The position numbers and the translations under genes are program-made. Under the pieces are notes generated by a model that saw only the letters and a program-made list of their open reading frames with translations, was not told the origin of the DNA and made no database searches. A stretch of 64,000 nucleotides of DNA from an uncultured bacterium (GTDB lineage Bacteria > Verrucomicrobiota > Verrucomicrobiia > Limisphaerales > UBA8199): contig CAVVMW010000018.1 of the NCBI GenBank assembly GCA_963749495.1, forward strand, positions 192,001 to 256,000. The letters run 5' to 3'. The number at the start of each line of letters is the position of its first letter. Positions within the stretch are counted from its first letter, which is position 1. Of the stretch, positions 42,697 to 52,976 are shown piece by piece.

Positions 42697-43941
42697 TCAG
42701 AGCTTTCCAGAAAATGCCTCCCGCAGCAGCGCGGCGGGCAGTTTGTTAATCGCCTCGAGTTGTTCAGCCAGAGCGTGACGCAGCCGCTCCGCTGACGCCA
42801 TCTGCGCGGAAAGTCGCGTGGCGATGCGGCGCTGGTCGGCGAGTGGAGGAAGTGGAATTTGCTCGTTTTGAATTTGGGTGCGTGTTATTTTCTTCATTGA
42901 ACCCCTTGCACCACCTGCGCGTTGCCTCCAGTAGCCATTGAGGTAGAGCGAAGACAGATAGGCCGTTAGGAATCTTGGCTCGATATGCTCGTTGGCCTTA
43001 ATCCGAATCGTTAGGTCTGACGCAACGGCGCCTTTCGGCTCTCCTGAAAACATTGCGACACGGCCGACCAGTTCTGGAGTGTTGCTGCGTGCAATCAGGA
43101 TTTCGCCTGCGGTGACAAGACACTCTGCGGCATCCTTGCTCCACATTCGCGCGCGTTTGACACCAGACGGGCGGAAGCCAGATTCGGTAAGGCAAGCCGT
43201 GGTGATAGCCAGAATCTCGGCGTCACCGTTCGTGGCGATAGACTTGGCCGGAAGCAATTCACAAACTTCTGTGCATTTCCTTCTTACCCACGATTTGGAT
43301 TCGCCGTCGTTAAAGACGGCGCGTAGGTAGGCGGCGGGGAGAGCTTCGGCGGCCTGCAACTGCGCCTCGGCACTGCGACGCGCAAGCTCCACCGCCGCCA
43401 TCTGCTCCTTCAATATCCTCGCAATCCGCTTCTGCTCCGAAAGCGGCGGGAGGGGGATGACCTGCTCACGAACCTGTTTATCACTGACGGCAGGATACAG
43501 CGCGCCTTTGACCAATTCAGATAGACTCTCAACAAATTCTTTAGTTTGAAGGAAGGCGAAAAGGAAATCAGAATCCAACTCAAGCTTGGCTCGGAGCACA
43601 CAGAAGCCGGTGCTGCAAACCTCGTCGTCCAGTTCCGGCGGAACCAACGCGACAGCATTGAGGTTCGGGCGCGTTGTCGAAACGATCACGTCGCCCCGGT
43701 GGATAACCTGCCGCGCTCGGCTTGGCGCGTCTTTGCCGAGCAACGTCTTCGCTTCAAGAATGCGTTTGGCCTTGTTGTCAACACTCGTAATATCAACGTA
43801 ACGGAAAAACTTGTCTGGCCTGCGGCGTGGGTCGCGAACGCCCGTTTTCTCCTCACATACTTCGCCCACCTTGGTCCACCGCCAAGCGTCCGGCAGTCGG
43901 CTGCTGGCATACTGGCGGTTCAATTCTGCGGTCGTTGTCAT
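42697..43941 (-). CDS. hsdS: type I R-M specificity subunit
   Basis: LPDAWRW, two IPLPPL.EQ/DQ.RI conserved regions, LREAFSGKL. Confidence 0.95.
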   Translation of the reverse strand: MTTTAELNRQYASSRLPDAWRWTKVGEVCEEKTGVRDPRRRPDKFFRYVDITSVDNKAKRILEAKTLLGKDAPSRARQVIHRGDVIVSTTRPNLNAVALVPPELDDEVCSTGFCVLRAKLELDSDFLFAFLQTKEFVESLSELVKGALYPAVSDKQVREQVIPLPPLSEQKRIARILKEQMAAVELARRSAEAQLQAAEALPAAYLRAVFNDGESKSWVRRKCTEVCELLPAKSIATNGDAEILAITTACLTESGFRPSGVKRARMWSKDAAECLVTAGEILIARSNTPELVGRVAMFSGEPKGAVASDLTIRIKANEHIEPRFLTAYLSSLYLNGYWRQRAGGARGSMKKITRTQIQNEQIPLPPLADQRRIATRLSAQMASAERLRHALAEQLEAINKLPAALLREAFSGKL

Positions 43942-43977
43942 GCTGCGAACATTTTCCCTTTCGTCTCGCGCAAGATG

Positions 43978-44394
43978 TCAGCGGGGTCGCCGCCTGCGGA
44001 GAGGGGATTGTGATTCGATGCCGATGGCCTCGCGCAGTGTTTGCCGGACCTTCCGACAGCAAGCAACCGCTTCCCGCGCTTCGTCACGGGAGGCGGACTC
44101 GCCCGGATAGCGGAAGGAGACGGCGTAACGGTTGAGCACGCGCAACGCCGGACGCAGGGGTTCCAGCAGGGGTTCGATCTGAAGAACGGCGTCGAGCAAC
44201 GCGATGAGGTCGTGCGTTTTGGAGAAAGGCTGGTCCGCCTCCTGGAGCCGGGCTTTCAAATATTTCTCGGCGCACTGTTGCGCGTGGAAGCACACGCCGT
44301 CGTAAACGGGGCGCCGCCGCACGCGCGCTTCGCGTTCCATGATCTGGAAGTCGCCTTCGGCCTTTTGCGCCCATTCACGAGTGAGGGGCTTCAT
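43978..44394 (-). CDS. HEPN domain protein
   Basis: EWAQKAEGD, FHAQQCAEKYLKA, KTHDL, RYPG. Confidence 0.9.
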   Translation of the reverse strand: MKPLTREWAQKAEGDFQIMEREARVRRRPVYDGVCFHAQQCAEKYLKARLQEADQPFSKTHDLIALLDAVLQIEPLLEPLRPALRVLNRYAVSFRYPGESASRDEAREAVACCRKVRQTLREAIGIESQSPLRRRRPR

Positions 44395-44695
44395 AGAGCA
44401 GTTTTCCCTTCTCGACGATCTCGCGCAGGAAAAAGTCGTTGAGCGCGAGACGGCGGCGCAACTGTTGCGGGGTCCGCACGATCAAATCCAGCGGGAAGCG
44501 ACGCGGCACCCGCGTCTCGATTTCCACCGCCGCGCGGGCGCCGCTGCCGCGAAACGGCATCACGACCAGCAGGTCCACATCCGAATCCGCGGTGGGTTTG
44601 CCGCAGGCATACGAGCCAAAGAGAATGATCCTCCGCGGGCGAAACTCACGCACGACGCCATCGCAGAATTCCCGGATGCTCTCCATGCTAATCAT
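44375..44695 (-). CDS. minimal nucleotidyltransferase (MNT)
   Basis: ILFGSYACG...DSDVDLLVV. Confidence 0.9.
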   Translation of the reverse strand: MISMESIREFCDGVVREFRPRRIILFGSYACGKPTADSDVDLLVVMPFRGSGARAAVEIETRVPRRFPLDLIVRTPQQLRRRLALNDFFLREIVEKGKLLYEAPHS

Positions 44696-44726
44696 GCTCT
44701 CACCATAACGGAAACGCCGCCGCCTG

Positions 44727-47141
44727 TCACGCCGCGAACATTCTGCCTTTCGTCTCGCGCAAAATGTCCACGGGCTTGCCGAGAATTTTGAGCGCGGCCA
44801 ATCCACCGGCGCGAACGATTTCGGGCGTTTCAAAGATTCGCGGGTTTTCCAGGCTGTCCGTGCCTGCGCGGGCGAATTGCGAGGCCATTGCCTTGAGCGT
44901 GGCGGCGGTCGGCGCGGGCAGGCCCGCCAGCCAGCGGTCGTGTTTGTAGGCAAACGCCTCGGCCCGCTCGACGCGAGTGCGCGGGGCGAGTCCGTAGCCG
45001 AGTTCGGCCAGCACGTCATAGAGGTCGTAATCGTTCATGTCTTCGAGCCGTTGCACCAGGAGCGCGGAGCGTCCGGCATCGGGCAACCGGCCCAGCATTT
45101 CGTGGCGTTGCGGCGGTTCAATCCAGCGGGCGCGGAAGTTTTCCAGCGTCGGCGCTTCCTCGACCAGCCGGGCGGCGAGCCGCTCCTTGTATTCCTCGAT
45201 GGTGACGGGCATGGCCTTGCCGTCCACCTGGGTCACAATGTAGCGCCCCGCGTCCGAGACGCGAACGTCGAAGCCCTCGACTTGAATGGTTGGTTCGGGC
45301 GGCGTCGGCGGGTCTGGGCCTTCCCGCCGCGCGGGTGGCTGCCACTGACTCACGAATTCACCGCCAAACAGGCGCGTGGCGTTAGTGAAATCATAGACGC
45401 GGAACATCAGTTTGCCGGTCGCCGGATTGAGGCGCGTGCCGCGCCCGACCATCTGGTAGAAGGCAATGGGTGAGCGGACGTATTTGAAGAAGACGATGTT
45501 GCAGACGACGGGCACATCCACGCCGGTCGTGAGCAGGTCCACGGTGGTCGCGATGAAATACGAGCGGGATGCGCCGCGCAAGTCCGCCAGGTATTGCGCT
45601 CCGCCAACGCTGGCGGTGCACTTGAAAGCGTAAGGGTCGAGGCGAGCGCGTTTCTGTTCGGCACACCAATCGGCGTAGAGATTATTCATTGCGACGGCCA
45701 CGCGGTCCGCATGGGTGTCGCGTGCGCAGAAGATAATGGTCTTTTGTTCCGGCCCGTCCGTGGCAAGCAGGTGTCCAAAGAGAAACCTTGTCATCGCCTG
45801 CACTCGTTCGGGAATAAGCAGCTTGTCGTCAAGGCTGGGTGCGGAGTAGTGCGTGCGAGCGTCGTCGGGCGTGACAGTCGCGCCGGTGTTGGCGTCCGTG
45901 AGTTTCTTGCCCTCCAGGTCTTCGCGCAGGACACCCGTGACGCGCTCGCTTTCGGTCTTCTGGTCGAGGAAAAGGTCATGGCGGTGGATTTCGCACGCGG
46001 CGAGATAGCCGTCCTCGATTCCCTGCGCCATGTCGTATTCGTAAACCGGCTCGCCAAAATGCTTGATGTTGTCGGCGCTGATTTGCAGGTCGGCAGCGGC
46101 CTCCTTGGTTTTTTCGGTGACTTCCAGTTTGCGCGGCGTGGCGGTGAGGCCGATTTGCACGGCGTCGGGGTTGCGGGTGAGGACTTGCGACCACTTGCCC
46201 CAGGCGGAACGGTGGCACTCGTCAATGATGATGTGGCTGAAATAGTTTTCGGGGTAATAGGTGGTCAGGAAATTGGCCGTGCCGTCTTCGCTGTCCACGT
46301 CGAGGGTTTGGTAGGTGGCGACATGGATGCGGGCGTTGCGGGCGTGATTCGAGCCGTCCGGCTCGCGATAGACTTCGGCGGCCTCCGCGCCGAAGACGTT
46401 TTGCAGCGCCCCCAAGCCCTGGCTGCGGAGTTCGTCGCGGTCGCAGACAAACAGCGCGCGTTTCAATTGTCCCGCGTCGGCAATGCGTTTGAGCAGGTGA
46501 ACAGCGATGAAGGTTTTGCCCGCGCCAGTGGCAAGGCAGCACAGGGCGCGTTTCTCGCCGCGCGCTAATTTTTCCAGCACAGCGCGGATGGTGGCGTCCT
46601 GGTAATAACGGCGTGTGGCTTCGCCGCCGGTGTAGCGGGTGAGCAGGGGCTTTGCGGCGGGCGACTCCAGGTTGAGACCCTTGGCCCTCTCATAGCGCGC
46701 ACGCAACTCGGCGGGGGTGGGAAAGTCCGAGAGCGGCCTGGGCATAGTGGTCTTGCCAGTGAAGGAATCGAACTCAACGAACAGGTGCCCGTTGCTGGAA
46801 AAGACAAAAGGCACGTTCAGCCGCTTGCAGGAGGCATACAGCTTGCCCTGTTCAAGGCCGTGATTGGGCGGCAGGCGCTCCGCCTTTGCCTCAATGAGCG
46901 CGACGGCGACGGGCTGGGTCTCGGGATTGACTGCGACGCGCAGTGTGTAGTCAACGCGGCCTCGGGCGCGCTTGCGCGGCTTGCCATTGACGATTTCGAT
47001 TGCGCCAGCCGTTTCCTCGCGGCGTACCATGTTTTCCGTCCACCCGCGAACATGAATGGCGGGGTCAATCAGTTTCGCCCGGGTATCGGCCTCGCTCAGC
47101 GGGGCGGCAAGTGGCCAAGGCTCTGAATCTCGCGCGCTCAT
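44727..47141 (-). CDS. hsdR: type I R-M restriction subunit (EcoEI-like)
   Basis: EADTR, VDY...IEAK nuclease; ATGAGKT, DECHR, TATP, QMVGRGTR. Confidence 0.93.
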   Translation of the reverse strand: MSARDSEPWPLAAPLSEADTRAKLIDPAIHVRGWTENMVRREETAGAIEIVNGKPRKRARGRVDYTLRVAVNPETQPVAVALIEAKAERLPPNHGLEQGKLYASCKRLNVPFVFSSNGHLFVEFDSFTGKTTMPRPLSDFPTPAELRARYERAKGLNLESPAAKPLLTRYTGGEATRRYYQDATIRAVLEKLARGEKRALCCLATGAGKTFIAVHLLKRIADAGQLKRALFVCDRDELRSQGLGALQNVFGAEAAEVYREPDGSNHARNARIHVATYQTLDVDSEDGTANFLTTYYPENYFSHIIIDECHRSAWGKWSQVLTRNPDAVQIGLTATPRKLEVTEKTKEAAADLQISADNIKHFGEPVYEYDMAQGIEDGYLAACEIHRHDLFLDQKTESERVTGVLREDLEGKKLTDANTGATVTPDDARTHYSAPSLDDKLLIPERVQAMTRFLFGHLLATDGPEQKTIIFCARDTHADRVAVAMNNLYADWCAEQKRARLDPYAFKCTASVGGAQYLADLRGASRSYFIATTVDLLTTGVDVPVVCNIVFFKYVRSPIAFYQMVGRGTRLNPATGKLMFRVYDFTNATRLFGGEFVSQWQPPARREGPDPPTPPEPTIQVEGFDVRVSDAGRYIVTQVDGKAMPVTIEEYKERLAARLVEEAPTLENFRARWIEPPQRHEMLGRLPDAGRSALLVQRLEDMNDYDLYDVLAELGYGLAPRTRVERAEAFAYKHDRWLAGLPAPTAATLKAMASQFARAGTDSLENPRIFETPEIVRAGGLAALKILGKPVDILRETKGRMFAA

Positions 47142-47464
47142 TCAAGTATTCACGCGGAGCGTAGCAGGTGGACAAGAGGGCAGCAAGCAATTGAGCATTG
47201 GTTCGGTAGCGGAGGCGCTCGCCAAAAGCAAGCGGCCTGCCGAGGGTCAGGGCGGCCAAGAGATTTGGCGTCATGGCGAGAGTAGAGAGCATCGGAGGGC
47301 TGTGGCCGGGCGGGTGACGGATGGGGAAGTGAGCGGCCCGTGGGCAGGTCTCCTTGGTCAAACCACGGCTGCGGCGGTCAGCGGCCAGCGGATGCGCAAC
47401 TCGCCCCGTCTCGGCCAGAGGGCGGGCGCGATTCCCACCCGGGATACTCCGCTCGACCCCCGCC

Positions 47465-47893
47465 TGCGCCGGCCACGGCCAAACCGCCGTGCTCGCCGTC
47501 GGTCTTGCCGAATTGGACTTCGGCATCGCCGGCGACCATGAAGTTCTGGGCGGCAGGCCGGCCCTCGGGGATCGGGTGGACCGGTTGCACCTGGGACGCG
47601 GCTTCGGCCTTTTGCTGGGCGTCGGTCGCGGTCTTTTGGGTCTCCTGCAACTGCTGTTTGAGGCGCTGGACTTCCTGTTGGTCCTGTTCGTGGACCTTTT
47701 GGTTTTGCTCGAGGGTCCGGGCGTCCTGGGCGCGGGCCTTCTCAAGCGCATCGAGCCTCTGGCTCAATTTGGAGATCGCGTCCTTCAAGGCCTTGATTTC
47801 TTCATCATCCGGGGTCGCGGCAGGCGCTGGCAGCGCCATCGCCAGGAGGCAACCGGCGGCCATCACTCCAAGGAGTTGGCAAGGGTATCTCAT
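47465..47893 (-). pseudogene. outer-membrane/porin-like protein, 3'-truncated
   Basis: Signal peptide, coiled coil and first beta strands (NFMVAGDAEVQFGK), then unrelated sequence. Confidence 0.55.
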
Positions 47894-47918
47894 GTGCAAA
47901 TTGGTGCTTGAGGGTTGC

Positions 47919-48251
47919 CTACCGTCCGGCCTCTTCCTCCAGGTACTTGAGCATGGCCCGGGCCTCCGTGGCCGGGAGATTGGCCCGCACGCGCATGTGG
48001 GTGAGGATCGTCTTCCATTGAGCGGCCGTCCGTTCCGTCGGGTATCGTTGCGGATGGCATCGATTGCAGTGCGCGGCGTAGAGTTCGGCGCCGCTCAGCT
48101 TCTTCTTGGCGGCCGCCCGCTTCTTCTCCTTGGGCGGGGCCGTAGTATCGGCCGAAAAGACGCTCGCCGACAGTCCGCAGACCAGGAGGCCCGCTGCGGC
48201 AAGGACCATTCCCCTTCGAAGGAAGGGATTGACACGCTTAGGGTTTGTCAT
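47919..48251 (-). CDS. small c-type cytochrome
   Basis: Signal peptide; GAELYAAHCNRCH; HMRVRANL. Confidence 0.85.
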   Translation of the reverse strand: MTNPKRVNPFLRRGMVLAAAGLLVCGLSASVFSADTTAPPKEKKRAAAKKKLSGAELYAAHCNRCHPQRYPTERTAAQWKTILTHMRVRANLPATEARAMLKYLEEEAGR

Positions 48252-48358
48252 AGGCAGTTTGTCGTTAGGTTCAGGACACAAGTTTCTTATTTGAACCTGC
48301 CTTTGTCTGGCCGGGCAAGTAGGTGATCACCCCATCCCGGGCGCGCCACTGTTCAGGT

Positions 48359-48472
48359 GTGGGGCAGACCTCTGGTCTGCCGGTTCACGGAGCCTCCGGC
48401 TCCGTGTCGCTTGCCGTTGCGAGGCTCGGGGCCAGAGGCCCCTGCAACCGGCAGACCGGAGGTCTGCCCCAC
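48359..48472. repeat. REP-like palindrome (GTGGGGCAGACCTCTGGTCTGCC...GGCAGACCGGAGGTCTGCCCCAC)
   Basis: Near-perfect inverted arms. Confidence 0.8.
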
Positions 48473-48531
48473 GCGTCCCTGCCGGATCTCCGCGTTTGTC
48501 TTTGCCCAGGCACTATGTCAGAGTCCGCGGC

Positions 48532-50999
48532 GTGCTGGCATATCTGTTGACGATTTTTGCCGGGGCGTTCCTGCTCTTCCAGGTGCAGCCGCTCATCGGC
48601 AAGTATATCCTGCCCTGGTTCGGCGGGGGCCCGGGGTCTGGACGACCTGCCTGTTGTTCTTTCAAATGGTCTTGCTGGCCGGTTATGCCTATGCGCATCT
48701 GAGCTCGAGGCGGCTCAAGCCGCGCGCGCAGGCCGTGGCCCACCTGGTCCTGCTGGGCGCGGCGCTGGCGCTGCTCCCGATCGTGCCGGGAGATTCCTGG
48801 AAGCCGCGCGGCGGGGCCAATCCGGCCCTGCACATCCTGCTCCTGCTGAGCGCGACCTTGGGTTTGCCCTATTTCCTGCTGGCCTCGACCAGCCCCCTGC
48901 TGCAGCAATGGTTCACGCGCACTCACCCGGGCAGGTCTCCTTACCGGCTCTACGCGCTCTCCAATGCCGGTTCGCTCCTGGCCCTGGCGAGCTATCCTTT
49001 CTATTTCGAGACGCACTTCACCCGCCACGCCCAGGCCCTCCTCTGGGGTTGGGGGCTGCTCGCTTACGCCGTGGGTTGTGCCTTCTGCGCACGCCAACTC
49101 TGGGGCCTGGCAGACGCGGAGGTCGGAGGGCTGAACCCTGCTGCACCGGACTTTCGGCGACCTTGGTGTCTTTGTGGCAACCTTTGTCGCAACCTTTGTC
49201 GATTTGCGCCGATTCTCGACAAAGGTTCCGACAAAGGTTCCGACAAAGGGCGCGACAAAGGTCGCGAGAGTCCCTCAAAGTCCGGTGCGGCAGGGGTGAG
49301 CCCGGAGGCCCTCGTCCCTCGTCCCTCGTCCCTCGTCCCTCTCCTGTGGCTCCTGTTGCCGGCGTGCGCGTCAGTGCTGTTGCTGGCGACGACCAACAAG
49401 ATGTGCCAGGACGTGGCGGTGATTCCATTTCTGTGGGTGGTGCCGCTGGCGCTCTACCTGTTGAGCTTTATCATTTGCTTCGAGAACCCGCGCTGGTATG
49501 CGCGGTTCCCGTTCACGCTGGCGCTGATTGCGGGGCTCGGCGGCATCTGGTGGGCCCTGGCCCACGGCACCGAGTTCTCTGTCGTCAAGCAAGTCGGGGT
49601 CTATAGCGGGGCGCTGTTTGCCTGCTGCATGGTCTGCCACGGCGAACTTTACCGGCTCCGCCCGCCCGCCAGCGGCCTCACCGGGTATTACTTGATGATC
49701 GCCGCCGGCGGGGCGCTGGGCGGGGTGTTCGTGGCGGTGGCGGCGCCGGTTCTCTTCAACGGTTACTACGAACTGCAGTGCGGGGCCCTGCTGTGCGGTC
49801 TGCTGTTCCTCATCGCCTGCGCCAGGGACCGGGCCCCCGCCGAGGTTGCTGTGCCCGCGCGCAAATTCCTCCCCCGCCTCGTCCGCTTCCTGGCCTCGCC
49901 ATTCGGGCCCGATGCCTGGCCCTGGACGGCCTGCGTCTTGCCGCTGCTGGCCTTTTTCTGGCTGGACAAGGTGATTGCGCATGCCGCGTCCCGTTCATGG
50001 GACGTTCCCAAGGGCGCTTCCATTGTCATGCGCGTCTGCCTGTGGGCCGCCCTGGCATTGCTGACCGGCTCGTGGCTTATCCGCAGGAAATTCCGCGCCT
50101 TCCGCTATTGGCATTTCCTGGCCTGCCTCTGGTTAGGGGTCGGCTGGGTGGGCCTGGCAGCGGCGCTCTGGACCTGCGGGCGAGGGTCGCGCGCCGACGT
50201 GGTCTATACCTCGCGCGACTTTTACGGCGTGCTGACGGTCTTCGAGCATTCGAAGAACAATCCGGACCTCCATCACTTTCTCCTGTTGCACGGGCGGATC
50301 ACGCATGGGCTGCAGTTTGCCGATCCGGAGCGGGCCGCATGGCCCACGACGTATTACGGCAGGGAAAGCGGCATCGGGCTGGCCATCCAGGCCCTGCCGC
50401 CGTTGGGCCGGCGCCTGGGCCTGGTGGGCCTGGGCACCGGCACGCTCACCACCTATGGCCGGGCAGGGGATTGCCTGCGCATCTACGAAATCAATCCGGG
50501 CGTCCAGCGCCTGGCCAACTCCTGGTTCAAATATCTCGGACGCTGTCCCGCTGCAGTCGAGATCCTCCCGGGCGACGCCCGCCTCTCGATGGAGCGGGAG
50601 CCCCCGCAGCAATACGACCTGCTCGCCCTGGACGCCTTCAGCAGCGACGCCATCCCGGTCCATCTCCTGACCCGCGAGGCCTTCCAGCTCTATGAGCGCC
50701 ACCTCAAGCCCAACGGCGTCCTGGCCGTGCACATCTCCAACCATTACCTCAACCTCGAACCCGTCGTCGCCAACCTCGCCCGCGCCTTCCACTACAAGGC
50801 CGCCCTCATCGACTACGATGAAACCGACCCGACCTGGTGGCTCTATTCGTCAACCTGGATGCTGCTGACCCGAAACGAGCGAATCCTCAAGTGGCCCGGC
50901 ATCGCCGAACACGCCTACCCGCTCGAAGACAAAAACAAGAAGCCCAAAGTCCCCCTCTGGACCGACAACTTCGCCAGCCTGTTCCAAATACTCAGGTGA
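48532..50999 (+). CDS. fused membrane / spermidine synthase-like SAM-dependent protein (frameshift near 48630)
   Basis: FLLFQVQPLIGK, LYALSNAGSL, VCHGEL, VGLGTG, DAFSSDAIPVHLLTREA, WTDNF. Confidence 0.88.
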
Positions 51000-51059
51000 C
51001 GCACGGCAAAGCACCTCAAAGGGCTTGTTTTGATGCACGCCAGGAATTAGAGTCGAGGC

Positions 51060-51656
51060 ATGGATGCGGAACTGACAGTGCCGGTGAACGCCGTTGACTT
51101 CATAGAAACGCTTGAAAAGAGGATCCTGCACGAATTGTGGGACTCCGTTTTGGTCTGGTCCGAGAGCGTCAGGGCGCTGGCGCAGTGGGAAGATGAGCAT
51201 TTGCTCGATAGTCCTTCTGCCGAGATGCTGGAAAAACACCGCAGCATCGTTGAACGGCAAATCGCCTTGGGGAAATTCATTTCGCTGGCGACAGAACATC
51301 CGGACTTTCCTGACAAGGAAACGCGCCAGCATGTCGCTGCTACGATGGCGATCCTGAGAGATAAGATTCCAATCTGGCATAGCACCATGAGCGCCCAGGA
51401 GGCTGACAGAATTCTGGCGGAGGTGTTCCCTGAGCCCGAGCTTGAACGTCTGTTGCACGCGCTATACGAACGCGACACGTGCGAGCCCCAGCATCAGCCG
51501 CAGTGGGAGGCCACTCTTGAGCGGCTCATTGCGGATGCGCTGGCTCGCAGGCCCGGAACGAGTCGCACGCAGTTCCTCGAAGCCGTCCACTTGAGATACC
51601 AGGAGTTCAAGCGCACCCGGAGAAAACGACCGTCTGCGATGCCGCCAAGAGCGTAG
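51060..51656 (+). CDS. hypothetical protein
   Basis: 198-aa ORF; no recognised motif. Confidence 0.6.
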   Translation: MDAELTVPVNAVDFIETLEKRILHELWDSVLVWSESVRALAQWEDEHLLDSPSAEMLEKHRSIVERQIALGKFISLATEHPDFPDKETRQHVAATMAILRDKIPIWHSTMSAQEADRILAEVFPEPELERLLHALYERDTCEPQHQPQWEATLERLIADALARRPGTSRTQFLEAVHLRYQEFKRTRRKRPSAMPPRA

Positions 51657-51733
51657 CAGGGGGGCGTTGACATCGTCCACGCCCCCTGCTCCACGCTCAC
51701 CCCGCTCTCAGGCCCCTGACGTCCCGGCGCGCC

Positions 51734-52117
51734 TTATTCCACCGCGATCTTGCGCGGTTTGACGCGCTCGGATTTGGGCAGTGTCAGGGTCAGGACCCCT
51801 TGCTCCATCCGGGCGGAGATGCGGGCCGTGTCGATAGCCGGGTCCAGTTCGAATACGCGCCGGCAATCCGCCGTGGCGCATTCGCTGACCAGCGATTGGC
51901 CGGGCATCGGCTGGCCGCGGCGATGGCCCAGGATCGTCATCTCGGTCCCCTCCAGCGTGACCTCGATGCCGTCTTTGCTCACTCCGGGCATTTCCGCTTC
52001 CAGGACGTAACCCTCCTTGGTCTCGAAGATATTGACTTCCGGCGCCACAAACTCTTGCGGTGCCGCGCGCTCGGTAGTCGGACGCGCATCTCGTTGCGTT
52101 TGCACTGTCGCTTTCAT
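51734..52117 (-). CDS. Hsp20/alpha-crystallin small heat shock protein
   Basis: PEVNIFE, AEMPGV, GVLTLTLPK. Confidence 0.92.
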   Translation of the reverse strand: MKATVQTQRDARPTTERAAPQEFVAPEVNIFETKEGYVLEAEMPGVSKDGIEVTLEGTEMTILGHRRGQPMPGQSLVSECATADCRRVFELDPAIDTARISARMEQGVLTLTLPKSERVKPRKIAVE

Positions 52118-52212
52118 AATCGTTGCCTCCGTTGCCGCCGGCGAGCGAACTCGCCGGACAGCTTCAATGGTTGAGTCGAATTAAGTTAAGTTCGTGCCTG
52201 GTCTGACTGGGG

Positions 52213-52683
52213 TCAGCCCACCTTCACGTCGATCTGCTTCGGTTTGGCCTCCTCGGTCTTGGGCAGCGTCACCGCCAGCACCCCGTCCTGGTAATGGGCC
52301 TTGACCTTGTCCACTGCCACCGGCGCCGACAGGCTCACGCTCCGCTGGAACCGGCCGAAAAACCGTTCGGAGCGATAGATCTCCGCGTCCTGCTGCTTGC
52401 TCTCGCCTCTGCGCTCGCCAGAGATGCTTAGCGTCCCCTCATGGAGCGCCACCTCGATCTCCTCGCGCTTCATGCCGGGCAACTCCGCCTTCACGTAGAA
52501 GTTGTCCTTGTCCTCATACAGGTCGAGCGCCGGCGTCCAGCCGCTCAATAGTTGCGAGGTCCGCGTCAACTCCGCCAACGGCGCCTCGAATAGCCGATCG
52601 ATCTCCTCTCGCAGATTCGACAGCCGCCCAAAGCCGGGCCAGACTGCCAATTCCGGTCGTTGCCATCTTGTCAGATTGTTCAT
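52213..52683 (-). CDS. Hsp20/alpha-crystallin small heat shock protein
   Basis: WTPALDLYE, AELPG, ERFFGRFQRS, DGVLAVTLPK. Confidence 0.95.
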   Translation of the reverse strand: MNNLTRWQRPELAVWPGFGRLSNLREEIDRLFEAPLAELTRTSQLLSGWTPALDLYEDKDNFYVKAELPGMKREEIEVALHEGTLSISGERRGESKQQDAEIYRSERFFGRFQRSVSLSAPVAVDKVKAHYQDGVLAVTLPKTEEAKPKQIDVKVG

Positions 52684-52976
52684 ATTTCTTTGTCCTTTCT
52701 GTCGAGGTTCGGTTTTTTAGTCCAATGCCTTCCAAGCTTTTGGCGTGCCAAGGACCATGCTTAATTGCAAAGCTATGATTACTAGTAGCTTACGTCATTT
52801 GATGAGCTGGACTCCGCCGCTCGTTGAGAGACATAATGTCTCTTTGTGGGAGCCTTGGTTTATTCCCTGTGTGACACAACGTCGCTGGCTGGCACAGCGA
52901 CAAAAGGGACTAAAAGGACGTAAGGGACAAAAGGGACTGAAAGGACGCGGAGGGCGTGCCTCGGTGCTGTCGGTGC

